From positions 6,018,997 through 6,082,996 of the forward strand of contig NC_057751.1 in the NCBI RefSeq assembly GCF_004010195.1: a stretch of DNA of 64,000 nucleotides, read 5' to 3'. The stretch is from Chiloscyllium plagiosum. Lineage: Eukaryota. The translations under genes and the position numbers were made by a program. Shown one piece after another: positions 1 to 13,379 of this stretch (positions within the stretch are counted from its first letter, which is position 1; every line of letters starts with the position of its first letter). Under the pieces are notes generated by a model. That model saw nothing but the letters and a program-made list of their open reading frames with translations, had not been told where the DNA came from and made no database searches.

Positions 1-501
1 AGGGAGTGCAGCGTAGGTTCACGAGGTCAATTCCTGGAATGACGGGACTACCTTACGCTGAAAGACTGGAGCGACTGGGCTTGTATACCCTTGAGTTTTG
101 AAGACTGAGAGGGGATCTGATTGAGACATATAAGATTATTAAAGGATTGGACACTCTGGAGGCAGGAAACATGTTTCCGCAGATGGGTGAGAGCCGAACC
201 AGAGGACACAGCTTAAAAATACGGGGTAGACCATTTAGGACAGAAATGAGGAGAAACTTCTTCACCCAGAGAGTGGTGGCTGTGTGAAATGCTTTGCTCC
301 AGAGGGCAGTGGAGGCTCTGGATTCATTTAAGAAAGAGTTGAATAGAGCTCTCAAGGATAGTGGAATCAAGGGTTATGGAGATAAGGCAGGAACAGGATA
401 CTGATTAAGGATGATCAGCCATGATCAAATTGAATGGTGGTGCAGGCTCGAAGGGCAGAATGGCCTACTCCTGCACCTATTGTCTATTGTCTATTGTCTA
501 T
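1..501 (+). mobile_element. CR1-clade LINE 3' end (ORF2 C-terminus, 3'UTR, microsatellite tail)
   Basis: Frame from nt 3 reads GVQRRFTRSIPGMTGLPYAERLERLGLYTLEF*RLRGDLIETYKIIKG...RTRGHSLK...FFTQRVV, a typical CR1 ORF2 end with stops. It ends in a (CTATTGT)n tail at ~477-501. Confidence 0.92.
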
Positions 502-3500
502 CTCCACCTGCCCTGCCATCTGTAATGACATATGGAATATATATATCCTGGTTCCGGTAGTAGTTTGAGAAATGTACAGAAAGTATATTGTCAATTATAC
601 AGCTCAACTGATCAGTGCAGAAGTGTTGAAACAATGTAACAGTTTTAACCTTGAAGTTTTGCATTGCAATGCATTGTGAATCTCCTATCCCTGTTATCTT
701 CATGTTGGGGTTTATCATTCCATCAATTTTTCATTTCTTGAAACAAGGTCATGTTACATAACTCTACATAATGCCATGTACCATCATTTACATTCCTTAA
801 TTGCTTCTTTCACAAAATAGCTCATCAGTTGAATCTTGATTTTGCAGATATTCTCCACCTCCAGCATCTTCCTGGGTAATATACCTGCGCTAATAGTTGC
901 CAACCTTTCGAAGCAGTCATGGTAAATCAAAACTATATGTTCACAGTTCCTCTTCTCAGCATCTTACATTTCTTGGGTTCCTCATTCTGGGTGGAGAAAT
1001 GAGCAGCAGTGAAAGAAAGGTGAAGTTACAGGGGTAGGGATGGGGGTGGGATGCAATAACGGGAAAATATAAATGAAAGAACTGTTCTGCTTTGGATAAA
1101 CAATTTACGGCGTGTCAAGAAGCCAATGTGCACCAGAATGCAACATGCTTGAGCAATGGTTTCACCTGAGTTGCAGCAAAATTGAGAAATTGCTAACATG
1201 ACTGCAGTTCTGAAATAAGTCCTATTTCTTGTGTTTTCTCCTCGTGATAGACAGCCTTATCAAAGCTATTGTTTCCAGCATTCTGTTTAAATGCAAATTA
1301 CTTTGTAGAAGTGTCCAGTTTGATTTCTGGAGGGGAGCTTCATATTGTTCATAAAGGAAAAAGCTACAGCCTCACATACCAGCTGTAAGGATCAAACCTG
1401 ACTGCTTAATCTGCATTAGAGTGAGCAGTGTTACAGTCTGCAATGAATTCACAAATCAACCAACAGAGCGTCATATCGCCTATGACTGTAGGCTATACTC
1501 AAACCTTAAATGAATTTTCTACTTCACGGTCCACAGTGTGATTTAAAATACCATCATTCAAACAAAAAGATGTTATTCGCAAAAGAGATTAACCACAGCA
1601 CCATTTGAAACAGCTTAGACTCATGAATATAATCAAAGTCTCACCTGAAGATTTATTTTCCATCCAGTGTAAATGACATGTCTAATTTCTGTCCAGTTTG
1701 AAGTGCTGGAAGTGCCTTTCTCATGCCTTTCTCATTTGCTCAATATTATGAATTTTATACATCAAGCTGTAACTATCTTTCCGCATTAGCTTTTGTCCTC
1801 TCCAACCTATTAAAATTTTCTCACTCCTCCTGATAATTTTCATCTGACCTGTTCTTTTTGAATATTATCTGATATTAAATGTGACCCAAGTTGAAAGCTG
1901 CTGAACAGATTTGTACTAATTGGGTGGCGCTCATGGGGGTGAGATCGGCTGTTGGAAATGGGAAGTGTTTCTTCATCCTGGATGCAATAATAGTCACCAA
2001 ATGCTAATCTTACCATTGTATCAAATTTAAATGCACATACTTTTGAATGCAGTTCTTGTATCTGCTATTCTGACTGTGTCACTGCTCCTCCATTTAATTG
2101 AGGTTTAACATATGCCTCCCAGCAAATTGTTTTTTTTATTAACATTCAATTTCACTTGCCCATGTTGGAGCATTAGTACCACTTTGAAAAGTGCAGCTAA
2201 GAAAAGGAATTGTGGTCCTGTACTTTTGATTACGGCTCTTTCTTTTAAAATATTTTTCTTTCAGCACTGTCAGTGATCCTCATTTGGAAATATAACAGAA
2301 CTAGACCGTGTGTGAAGGAGCTGAAATTAACAGATGCTACTGGTTCATCCCTGGATTAATAACAGTATCTTTTTTTGATGTAAATTCAGTACACTCACAC
2401 CCCAAAACCTTAATTTCTGCAAGAAAGCCTCTTCCATCATAAAATTGTTGAAAGGAAAGAGTGCAAGATGACACTGAATATAATTTTCCTGTTCCTCCTC
2501 CTTCAAAAAAAAATCCTGCCTTTCATCATCTTTCTCTTATTTTCATTTCATTCTAGGTCATTACCTCCCCCTCACTAAGCCATGCTGGTGACAGAAGTTA
2601 TGTAGGCGGCCTCCATGGGTCTTGGAATTGGTTCATTGGCTTTGGATATAATTGATGGTTCCTGCTGGAAAGTCATAAACCCACTTACTACAGTTATTTT
2701 TTCTGACTTGGACACCTTGGAATTGGCCTTCTGGGTGATGGAAAGTACTGGCTTGCATTTCATTTCACCAAAATCATCACACCACGCATAATCTCCACAA
2801 ATGTAGAATGGGTTCACAGGGCATTCAATTTCTGGGTGTTCCCAAGAACAAAAACAGACTGCTGAGTAAATTCGCTGGATGTGATTGAAGTCAAATCGGA
2901 TTTTACACATAAATTGAATGAGATTAAATGTACAGTTTTAAACACTTACAGTTAAGTTACAGTGACATCAAGGTACAACAAAAACGTGGATTGAGCTTAA
3001 AAGATATCACTGATACTTGGGTTTTCCTGAATCCAAGACGTCGGGTAATTTTCAAGTCTGACAGTCCACTGTAGCACAGAGGTTCATAATCCTTCAGATG
3101 AGATGTCAAGCTGTAAGGTGGCATCACATATGCTGTGGCCTATGGTAACTTATCAGGAACAATGATCCGCTCTACACCTTATTTCATATACAAGTGAGTT
3201 CTGTGGCAAGTTCAGGAGCAAATCACACATGGATGATGGGTGGAAGTGCAGTAGGTGGGTCCTGGTGCCATATTTAAAGGCCATCCAGGCACCCCTTCAC
3301 ACCCTGCAAGCCAAGAATCCCAGAATAGGCAATGATCATTGCTCCAAACCCCACAGAGATATCTGTAAAGCATTATAAGATGGTGCCATACTTCAGCAAT
3401 TTCACACAATATCATGCTCCAGCAATTTCTGATGTTATTGTTTCAGATTTCCAGCAGCTGCAGTTCTTTGTTTAATTTTTGTTTTATTTCAATGATACAA

Positions 3501-3833
3501 AACTGAACACTCTACAGCCAGGTCAGAAAAGATGTTATCTTCACTATAAAGGTCTAAAGGAGCCCTCACATCAGAACTGGACATCTGACAGAGAACTTCT
3601 GTGCTTCGGGTAATCATCAAAATGGTGCATCACAGTGCATGAAGCAAATTAATGCTCTCATGCAAAGGAGGTACCACCATCTTTTGACTGCAAACTCATC
3701 TGAACAAAGCACTCAATGAGCATTCTACATTTTTTTGTGATTATGAATTTAGTCAACACACTCCTTTCTGATATAGATGTTCAAACAAAGCAGGGTAAAA
3801 TCTTAACTGTTCTTTGGTGTAGGTCTTCCTTTC

Positions 3834-4161
3834 TTAGTATCCCTACAGTGGAGAAGTGGACCATTTGGCCCATCAAGTCCACTCCAACTGTCTGAAGAGC
3901 ATCCCACTCAGACCCCATCCCCCCCCATCCCTGTGACCCTGCATTCCCCATGGCTAATCCACCTCACCTCGACACTATGGGCAATTCCCCACCTCTGCCT
4001 AACCTCCACATTTTTGGACTGTGGGAGGAAACCAGAACAGCTGGAAGAAACCCACACAGACAAGGGGAAAATGTACAAACTCCACACAGACAGTGTGGAA
4101 TCGAGCCCGGGACCCTGGCCCAGTGAGACAGCAGTGCTAACCACTGAGCCACTGTGCCACC
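3834..4161 (-). mobile_element. tRNA-derived SINE, HE1/V-SINE-like, with CR1-type 3' tail
   Basis: Minus strand has A box TGGCTCAGTGG, B box GGCTCGATTCC, central TGTGTGGAGTTTG..TGGGTTTC..GGTTTCCTCCCACAGTCCAAA domain and a CR1-like tail (GGGCCAAATGG..CTGTAGGGAT). Confidence 0.88.
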
Positions 4162-5679
4162 ATATCTCTCTTTTCCTTTCCATTGAAACTGAGCAGTGCC
4201 CGTACTTACATGAAACACTGTTTCTGTGGTGATTCTGATATGTGACCAACGTGTTTCTATGAATTTTCTCAGTTCAGGGGAGAGAGAGAGGCAAAGTAAC
4301 AGGGATGAAGATTTTGGGAGAGAGGGAGTTTGGTTAAAACAACTGGGAAGGTGGCAGAGAGAGAGAGAGAGAGAGAGCTGGTGGGTGAAAGAACTGAGAA
4401 ATAAGGATAACAGTGACACCAGAGGAAAGAGAATACAAGACTTATCTTACAGTTAGATTCAGGTCAATCAACTTTGACACTTGCAGTCTGAGATTGGTAC
4501 CTTCATTCAGACAATGAGTCAAAATCAAACTCAAAGAAAAATGGATATAGTTGGATCCTATTGAAAGTGAAATCATTTGGGAAGCTTGAAGTTGCTGTGC
4601 TGGTGTGAACAGAACGTACAGCAAAAGATGAAATGGTTTATAAATAAGGGGTAACAAGATGTAGAATCTTATGATGAAGGGGGGGGGGGGTTCTCTTCAG
4701 CACGGAACACTGGAAGTTCTTAAATCTTTAAGAGATCCAGAAGCATTGCAATAGAACCTTGAGATAGATTTGAAATTTGTTTCGTGATTCAGAGCAGATT
4801 GAAGTTTCCAAACCTGTAGTCGAAAATTCAATGGTGTGCCCCCAGGTCATTGTCGCACTGCTGTCTGGAAAAGAATCCTGTCTTCATTGAGAAGGATGAG
4901 ACAGCAGCACCAGCATGTGAATGAATTACAAGTCTGGTGGGGTATTCACTGAAGAACAAGCTGTGACACATATTTTTAAAGCAACTCCACAGACACCTGC
5001 AATCAACGTTATGGTGAAGGTAATTGTGCTTTGAACAACAGCGAAAAAAAAACCAACAGCAATTTCTTTCTCTAGACAGTTTATTCACTGTCATCAATGT
5101 AAGGGTCAACTACACTGAGGAACAGATTTGGTTTTCTGTGATTGCTGACTTATTTAAAGTCAGACAGAGGATCAATCACAAGGAGGACAGAGCTATTTTT
5201 CCAGTGCTGCAACTTGCAATATCAATCTATTCTAACGGGATCATAAATGGCTGATGAACATTGGCATAAAAGGCAGTAATAAATTCTCAATCAAGAAGTT
5301 ATGTTGAGTTTAATTGCAGTTAAGTCTAAGTTTCTTTCTTCCCCTCAGGTGTTGCACAACACATGTAGTGTGGTGCATGTGGTAGTGGCAATACATGGTG
5401 ATATTATTGGATCTTGAAGAGTTGACATTGACTGGCCCATAGTGCAGGCTTTCTTTTGGCTATTTTTGTTGTCAAGGCGGCTAAATTGGATGAATAAAGG
5501 CTTAAAAATGGGGTATGAGATGTGTCAGCACACTTGCCATGAGAAGTAAAGGTCTAGGTATACAGGCATTCCCAGTGGCTGATGATTTCCCTCTAAACTC
5601 ACAATACAAATTCTGTTCATCAAGGGGCACAGTGGCCATGATCTCCACAGTGAGACAAATTCAAGAGATTAAAAAAGAG

Positions 5680-6036
5680 CTGTTCTGATTTCCTGCAAAA
5701 TCCCATAATACGCCCCTTGGCAAAAAGGTAAATTCAATCACAGATTCTTACAGGAGAGAGATTCCCCCAGAGAGAGAGCAGCTGATTCATTGGTATCCCA
5801 GCTAAAAATTTGACCAGCAGCTTCAAACAGACAACTTGCTAAAACCAAACCAAACCAGAAAAAAACCCTGAACTGGGAGAACAAGCCACGCCCCTTTCAT
5901 TGTACAAGTGTTTAAAAAAAACTTTAAAACCTTTTCAAGTAGGTATGTCCAGACATTTTGGAACCTTTGCCTTTACAACCACCTTCAAAAAAAACCAAGG
6001 GCAAAATAATCTTATTAAGGGAGCAGCATTGTCACA
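5680..6036 (-). mobile_element. Partial solo LTR, same family as 22161-22728, 44834-45397 and 49384-50721
   Basis: Shares CCTTGGCAAAA(A)GGTAAATTCAA, AACTGGGAGAAC, TCATTGTACAAGTGTTTAAAAAAA and the terminal GGAGCAGCAT..CA with the 22.2-kb copy. Confidence 0.75.
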
Positions 6037-7183
6037 GTAAGTACAGTGAAAAGCTTTGTTTGTGAGCATTGCACCAGACTATAGTAATCAAGGATGGACA
6101 GATCACAGATGAAAAAACTTGGACAGAGTAAGACATGCAGATTATACCGCACAGATATATGTGAGGCAAGATCAACATGAACAAGATCAGCATCATTTGA
6201 AGTTAGAGAGTCCATTCATCAGTCTAATAACAGCACCAAAGAAGCTGTTCTTGAATCTGCTGGTCTGTATGCTCAGGTTTCTGTATCTTCTGCCTGATGG
6301 AAGAGGTTGTAGGAGAGCAGTACCGGCGTGGGATGGGTCCTTGATAATGTTGGCAGCCTTTCTGTGGCAGTGGGATGTGTAAATGGAGTCCATGGATGCA
6401 AGGATGGCTTCCATGATGGTCTGGGCTGTGCACACCACCTTCTGTCATTTCTTATGGTCCTGATCAGAGCAGTTGCCGTACCAGACCATTATGCACCTGG
6501 ACCGTACACTTTGTATGGTGCACCTGTAAAAGTGGTGAGGGTCCTTATGGACATTCCACATTTCCTGAGCTGCCTGAGGAAGAAGCAGTGTTGTTGTGCC
6601 TTGTTGACCATCGCATCCACATAGGAAGTCTGGGACAAATTGTCAGTTATTGTCACTTCTTAGAAATTGATGCTCTCAACCTTCTCAACCTCTGCTGTGT
6701 TGATGAAGATGGGGGTGTGTTCTTCTTCTTTCTTTCTGAAGTCAGTTGTCAGTTCTTCAGTTTTGCCAACATTGAGCGGAAGGTTGTTCTCATTGTACAA
6801 CATCACCAAGGTGTCTATCTCTTTTCTGTATTCAGGTTCATCATTGTTTGTTGTCCATTCTATCACGGTGGTGTCATCAGCAAACTTGCAGATAACGTTC
6901 GTTCAAAATTGGGCAACACAATTGTGGGTGTATGGGGTAGATAGGGGGTTGGGTGTGTATCCTTGAGGGGCTCCAGTGTTGAGTGTTATCATGGAGGAAG
7001 TGCAGTTACCTGTCTTCACTGATTGTAGACTATGGGTCAGGAGACTGCGGATCTAGTTGCAGAGAGTGGAGCCGAGACCTAGGTCTTGGAGTTTTGAGTT
7101 TAGTCTGGAAGGAATAATGGTGTTAAAGGCAGCGCTGTAGTCAATGAGCAGGACTCTGATGTAAGTGTCCTTGGTGTCAAGAT
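6037..7183 (-). mobile_element. Rex1/Babar-clade LINE, 5'-truncated and degenerate
   Basis: Minus-strand translation gives [48 protein letters not shown] and IIKDPSHAG..LQPLPSGRRYR..TSRFKNSFF (RT plus DUF1891-type C-terminus). Confidence 0.88.
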
Positions 7184-7830
7184 CTGAAGAAAAGCGTGCT
7201 TGATGACCAAGTCCATAAACCTGACACCAAGCTCATAATTTGCAAAGCAGGAGTGTTACCAACCCTGCTCTACGTGTCGGAGACAAGACAAAACTCAGCA
7301 GATGCCTCGAATCCCTTGAGAAATATCATCAGTGATGCCTCTGCAAATTCGTGCAAATCCACTGGCAGAATCAGTGTTCCAGTAGTAGTGTCTTCTCCCT
7401 AGCCACTATCCCAAGTATTAAGGCACTGTCATGATCAGTAATCTACATGAGGCTGGCCACATTGTTGGCATGCTTGACAGAAGATTCTTTTGACGGAACA
7501 GTCTCTCCATTCTGAGCTTTAGCATGGCAAGTTGTGACCAAGACAGCAGAGGAAACATTTCAGGGACATTCTCAAACTCTCATCCTCCATTTGAGGCAGG
7601 ATGTACAAATCCAGCATTAGACTGTTACCTTAGTCACCTTAGGAACCACAACACTGAAAATCATCCTTGATCCTGAGGGTCTGCCTAAGAAGCAGGAGAA
7701 AAAGCCATTAATGATTGCTGGCAGCAGAGGCAGCAGAGAGATGATGATATGACTTAGTGGACGATGACAATTGAACAGCAGCACTGCAATTTCTAGCACC
7801 ACACTCCAGCCAATGCTCTCTGTCACTCTG
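7184..7830 (+). mobile_element. RTE-clade LINE 3' fragment, degenerate
   Basis: [20 protein letters not shown] matches the RTE motif TKLxVYRAVVLPTLLYGSETW; decayed RTE-like sequence follows. Confidence 0.7.
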
Positions 7831-8214
7831 GTATGCTGAAAATGATGTAATAAAATGATCGATTCCCCAATAGCTCAAGTTTAAAAATGACGTTAAATGC
7901 TGGATTGTTTCTTTTGCATGCTGGTGCAATTGTGAGTGTATTTTAAAAGTTCCATAATATTTGTCACTCTTGCATGTTGAGTATTCAAGATAGTATTGCA
8001 CAGAGACTCCCATCATTTCTTGCTGGCAAAATGCATGCACCTTCACTTTAAGAGTTGCATGTGCCTTTAAGTTCCACAAGTCAGATTTTATATCAACACC
8101 ATGCATGTAGCCACTGAAAAGTGCTGATAATTGCGCATGCAGTCCTAACTATGTAAAAGTAGAGACTGGACAAATTTAGCAACTCCGATTAATCACAGTT
8201 GCAAGTCAGAAGGT

Positions 8215-9185
8215 TTTTAAGTTCACACAAAATTCATTTGCTTGCGTCCTAACTCATATGATGTCCCGCTCACCCATTATTCTTGTGATCTTTCAGCAAA
8301 ATTAGTTTCTTGGCAAAGTCTCATTTTAATATTCACATCCTCATGTGCAAATCTCTCCCTGGCCTTGCCACTTCTGATCTCTGAAACCCCTTCCTACCCG
8401 ACAATCCAGTGAGGTCTCTGTGCTCCTCCCCTTGTAGCCTTTTCTGCACTGCTTCTCCATACCTTCTGAATCGAAAAGTGTGGCATCGGAAAAGCACAGC
8501 ATGTCAGGTAGCATCCGAGGAGTGGGAGAGTCGATGTTTTGGGCATAAATCCTTCATCAGGAATGTCGGGTCACAAGGGGGTTGAGCAATAAATAGGTGG
8601 GTGTGGGTGGGAGTGGGGCTGGAGGTGGGGGGAAGGGAGCTGCGAAGGTGATAGGTAGATGCAGGTGGGAGGTGATGCTGATAGATGGGTGGGGAGATGG
8701 ATAGGACAGGTCAAGAGGGCGGTGCCAAGTTGGAGGGTTGGATTTGGGATAAGGTGGGGATGGGGGTGAGATTTGGAAACTGTGAAGTCGACATTGATGC
8801 TATGTGGTCGGAGGGTCCCAAGGCAGAAGATGAGGCGTTCTTCCTCCAGGCATCGGGTGGCTTGTATTTGACTGTGGAGGAGGCCCAGGACTTGCATGTC
8901 ATTAGGGGAGTGAGAGGGAGAGTTGAAGTGGTTGGCCACAGGATGGTGAGGTTGTTTGCTGCATGTGTCTCAAAGATGTTCCCTGAACCAAGCTCTTGAA
9001 GGCCTTCCATAAACCTCTCTGGCTGTGTCCTTCTTAAAACCACGCTCTTCGAACAAGCTTTGGAGTCACTTGTCTGAATATGCCGGAGGTGTCTCAGCAT
9101 TAAATTTTGCTGCTGATTACTACAGTGAAGTATGTGGATACCTTGTACAGGATTAAAGACATGTTGAATTTATTTGTTGTTGTTA
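8215..9185 (+). mobile_element. L2-like LINE 3' relic interrupted by a Penelope-like insertion
   Basis: Decayed 'SPITPV..FKIL..KSLHGLAP..RSLRSS'-type sequence at 8230-8430 resumes after ~9000 and ends in a (GTT)n tail. Confidence 0.55.
8470..8990 (-). mobile_element. Penelope-like element 3' fragment (GIY-YIG C-terminal region plus terminal repeat)
   Basis: ANHFNSPSHSPNDMQVLGLLH..RCLEEERLIFCLGTLRPHSINVDF is followed by the terminal repeat, which carries a decayed hammerhead motif at 8529-8564. Confidence 0.88.
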
Positions 9186-10020
9186 GTTATGTGTTCAAAC
9201 TGAACTGTTGGACTTAAGCACGTAATCTCAGGGGACATTTCAGTCGAGCACGGAGGAATGTTGCATTGCCGCAAGATATTGTTGTTCACTGAATGAGAAA
9301 TTGGGCATAATTTTTAACATCCCTCCAGGTGATACCCTAATGGAGCCAATTGTCTGCATACTTCAGAAACTATTTGATATTATGTTACTTGACCATGAAG
9401 TTGAAGATTACTTGGATTAAACCAAACTGTCGTGCACATAAAAATAGGTATTTTTACCCCTGAAGAGACACCATAAAGATTATTGCAGCACCACAGAAAA
9501 CTCATTATCCAGATGTAAATCAACGTTTTTGTATTTTGCTGGTACAAGCAAGTTTATGCATTTCCTCCATAATCGTCACTGCCATTCATATTTTTACAAA
9601 GAAAGGTGGAATCTTTTCAGTTTAGAAGGGGCTTTTTGGCCTAATATACTTGTGCTGGCTCTTTGAAGGAGATGTCTAATTTATTCCCACATGCTGGGCT
9701 TTCCCTATAACCCTGCAGATCCCTTGAAATATCTGCCAGTTTGCTTTAGAAAGTTTCTATGGAGTCTAATTTCATTATTCTGCCACTTTATCACCCCTGG
9801 CTCTGTTGCCATTCACTTAAATATGTGTCCTCTGGTTTCCAATACTTTTGTTATGTCAGTTAAAAATCACACAACACCAAGTTATAGTACAAGCTTTGCC
9901 ACTTTAGACACTTGTTTCTGATTTAAGATCATAAGAACAGGGCAGATCTGTTTGTGACCTTATTTCTGCTTTGCCTGTCCTCTAATAACTCTTGAGTCCC
10001 TTGTTGACCAAAAAAATCCA

Positions 10021-10092
10021 AGATTTGGAGATGCCGGTGTTGGACTGGGGTATACAAAGTTAAAAATCACACAACATCAGGTTATAGTCCAA
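10021..10092 (-). mobile_element. Terminal fragment of another repeat, probably Penelope-like (second piece at 9859-9887)
   Basis: GTTAAAAATCACACAACA.CA.GTTATAGT occurs twice in the window. The family assignment is from recollection of similar shark repeats. Confidence 0.4.
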
Positions 10093-11992
10093 TTTAAACT
10101 CAAATCCCAATACTAATTTATTAATTTAAAGCAACAGGAGGCAGTCTGGTGCAATAACTCAGGAAACTTCGCTAAACTTTAAAATCATACCATTTAAAGC
10201 AGGGCAGCAACTTTATGAGCATACAATAGCTCTTGCTTTCCAGTTCAGCTTCGGGCATTGGTCTATAGTCTTTCTCCAACACTGCCAGAGTCTTCTGCTT
10301 CCACTTGGACAGCAGAATAATTTCATGCTCAAGCTTGATGTATGTTATGATCACAATCAGTTGTTGCCAATTAACTCTTTCCAATCCATAGCATGATCAA
10401 TTACATCATTACTTTCTAATTTACCTTGGTGAAGTCGTGGTATGCCCATAAAGTCACTGCTCTACCTTTGGAGGAATGATTTACAATTTAAATAAAGTTA
10501 GCTGAGTTGTAGCACCAGACTATCTCTCATTCCCTTATTAATTAAAGTCTGAAATGAACAAGCTAGTGCCCTTGAATGGGTGATGAAACTTGGTCAGCCT
10601 GGACAAATTGGCCTGAAGAGCCTGTTTCCATGCTATATGACTCTACAGCCTTTAGACTCAATACTAAATGTAACCTTTGTGTCAGAATTAAATTTGTAAA
10701 GTTTGTACTTATGTAGTCCTTTCAACTCCAATCACTCAAGACTATGCAGTAAACAATATTTTTCCTATTTCAGTATGTTTACTTACTCTACAGTTTAGAA
10801 CTTCGTGATCTTCTGTCTTAGTCTTATATAGCTTTGAAGTTATAAAAAGCACTGTCACAAGATAACTTCTGTCTTTGCTGAAAATAAGTAATAAAACTCT
10901 TTCCTGGTATTCAAACACAGAAACAAAGAAAAAGCATCACTTAACAAGTAGCCTTTCAGAAAGAATAAATGATCCATCATAATTGTCTTAATGGGAATTT
11001 CTCCAATTAAGCAAAAATTGAAATATGAACTTATTATGTCCTGAATGCATATACCTCACTTTCCTTAAACAAAGGGGAAAAGAATATTTTAAATTATCTT
11101 CATCTGAGTAAAATGTCATTAAGAGACAATAACAAACCTTAATGAAGAGGATGGATCCATGGCTAATTGACTACTTAAGGAGCCAGTCAGGAGATAGTGG
11201 GAGGTGACATCAGTCAACGTCCATCACCCTTCAGAATCAATTAGATTATGCATTCCTTAAGGCAATTCGTAATGAGCTCAGTTCACCGAGGCCCCTCAGC
11301 CTTGTAGCTATAACTCTAAAACATTCGTGGATTGTCTTCACTCTGTTCACAATCCCATGGTGCATTTCTTCATTAAGTTAGGATGGGCAGGATCACATAA
11401 TATTAAAGTACTCACATCTACATTGGTTACAGTTAAGCTGAATAATATAATTAATGAATAAACTTCATCTGTGTGATTATAACTAAACTCTGTCTATGAT
11501 AAAATGTTAATGTCCTGACTAATCATACACGACCCAGCTATCACTGTTCTCTGTGGAAGAACATTCCAAAGAATAATAACCTTCTGAGAAACTGGACCAA
11601 GACTATTTGTGATTTTGAAAATCTGTGCAAAACCTTTAGCCTTTTCAACTCTGAAGGAAATCATGCCAGTTTTTCCAGTCTCTGCACAAAACAGGAGTCC
11701 CTCATTCCTGTTGCCAACTTAATGAATCTCTTCTGCCACTTCTCCAGAGTCATGACGTTGCTTCTCAAGTGAAGTGTCAATAACTGAATATGTTACACCG
11801 ACTGAGGCCTCAGAAGTGTTTATAAAGCTCTGGCATAACTTCCTTGCTGTTTTTGTCTTTGCCTCTCTTAAAAAGCTTTTTTTTCAAAATAGCCTTTTCA
11901 GCATTTCTTGTAAGCATCAAAGATTTGTGCATGTCATTCCAAGGTCTGAGTCTTCTTTCATCATCTTTTGTCATGTTTAGTTTAATATTGAG

Positions 11993-12311
11993 TCTCATAG
12001 AATCCCTACAGTTTGGAAACAGGCCACTTCACCCAACAAGTCCACACCGACCCTCCGAACAGTATTGCACCCAGACCCATTCCCCTATCCTATTACTCTA
12101 CATTTACCCCTGAGTAATGTACCTAACCCTGAACATTATGGGCAATTTAGCATGGCCAATTCACCTGACTTGCACATCTCTGGATTTTGGGAGGAAACCC
12201 ACGCAGACATGGGGCGAATGTGCAAACAGACAGTTGCCTGAGGGTGGAATTGAACCCGGGTCCCTGGTGTTGTGAGGAAGCAATGCTAACCACTGAGCCA
12301 CCATGCCACCC
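11993..12311 (-). mobile_element. HE1/V-SINE-like tRNA SINE
   Basis: A box TGGCTCAGTGG, B box GGTTCAATTCC, the same central domain as 3834-4161 (with an internal deletion) and a CR1-type tail. Confidence 0.88.
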
Positions 12312-13379
12312 TTGCCCTCTTAACCTTTCTCACAAACTTCCGCCTTTTCCACAATCTCGAAGTGCTTTAGTAGTGAATAAATTGCATAGGTACATTCTTC
12401 AAATTGAGCCTGATAAAATTGTGATGACTCTTTCTCCTCATGAATAATTGTTTGCTACTTTTTTGGAATCTGCTCTGCTGTATTGCTCTCAGAAAGGCAA
12501 CACCGATGGATGATTTTCAATATGTAAGTTAAAAGATAAGCACTGTTATGTATCTCTTATAGTTGCTGGTTCAGATTAATTCAGGAATCAGCAAATCTGA
12601 CAAATGTGAATGTGTTATTAATTGTATTGTGTTGAAGGTATTCCATATATGGCACACCTTTGTGCATCTCGGCAAATTACTATTTTCTTACTTTTGTTTC
12701 CAAGAAGTGTCAACTTGATGTATAACTGCCGTAAATACATTCAGGGTTTGGTTACTTGTCAAGGTCACTTGACATTTTTTTATCAATGGATCAAAAATTC
12801 AAATTGGTCTTATAATGTTATGCATGAATTAGCAAGAGAAACCATTATGCTTTAAGATCGGATAGGAAGTCTAAACTTTGACATTCTGAAGGGAAACACC
12901 CATAGCTTAGAGGAAGAAACTTAATTCAGTTTTACTTTGTTTTGGGCAGTTCCACAAAGCTCTTGGATGGAGATAGCATATAGAGCAATGCGCCTGAGAA
13001 GGAAAGAATATAATAAAATTAAATTATCACAGAGTAAGGAGTTTGTGATTGTCCCAAACTAGAAGTACTGAGATAAAAACCCTGAAGAGGTTACTTGTAG
13101 ATAAATACGTTTAAGCTCAAGTGTATGACAGTTCCAGGAAGAAACTATGGGCATTTCCAGACTAGGAATTAAAGTTAGAGGTGCCTTCAATCTGTCAGGT
13201 CATAGGAAAATGTTTTTTTCTCTGGTGAGTCCTTACAAGAGTGCTTTTGAATAATGTTAAAGGGATATTGTGTTTTGTTTGGAATATGTGAATCAGGGTT
13301 TGTGATGAAAGGAAATATACTTTTATTGTGTGTTGAAAACTCTTTGAATAGATCTTCAGAAGGCCATAAACATGTGCAG

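Noticed and set aside
3834..4161. tRNA-like A/B boxes (also at ~12.3, 35.9 and 60.4 kb) and the overlapping 99-151 aa ORFs
   Set aside because: These are SINE heads without a complete cloverleaf. The ORFs are chance frames through SINE and (GA)n sequence.
5349..5420. Strong splice-acceptor-like tract TTTCTTTCTTCCCCTCAG
   Set aside because: All three frames close within ~23 codons and no convincing donor or recognisable peptide follows.
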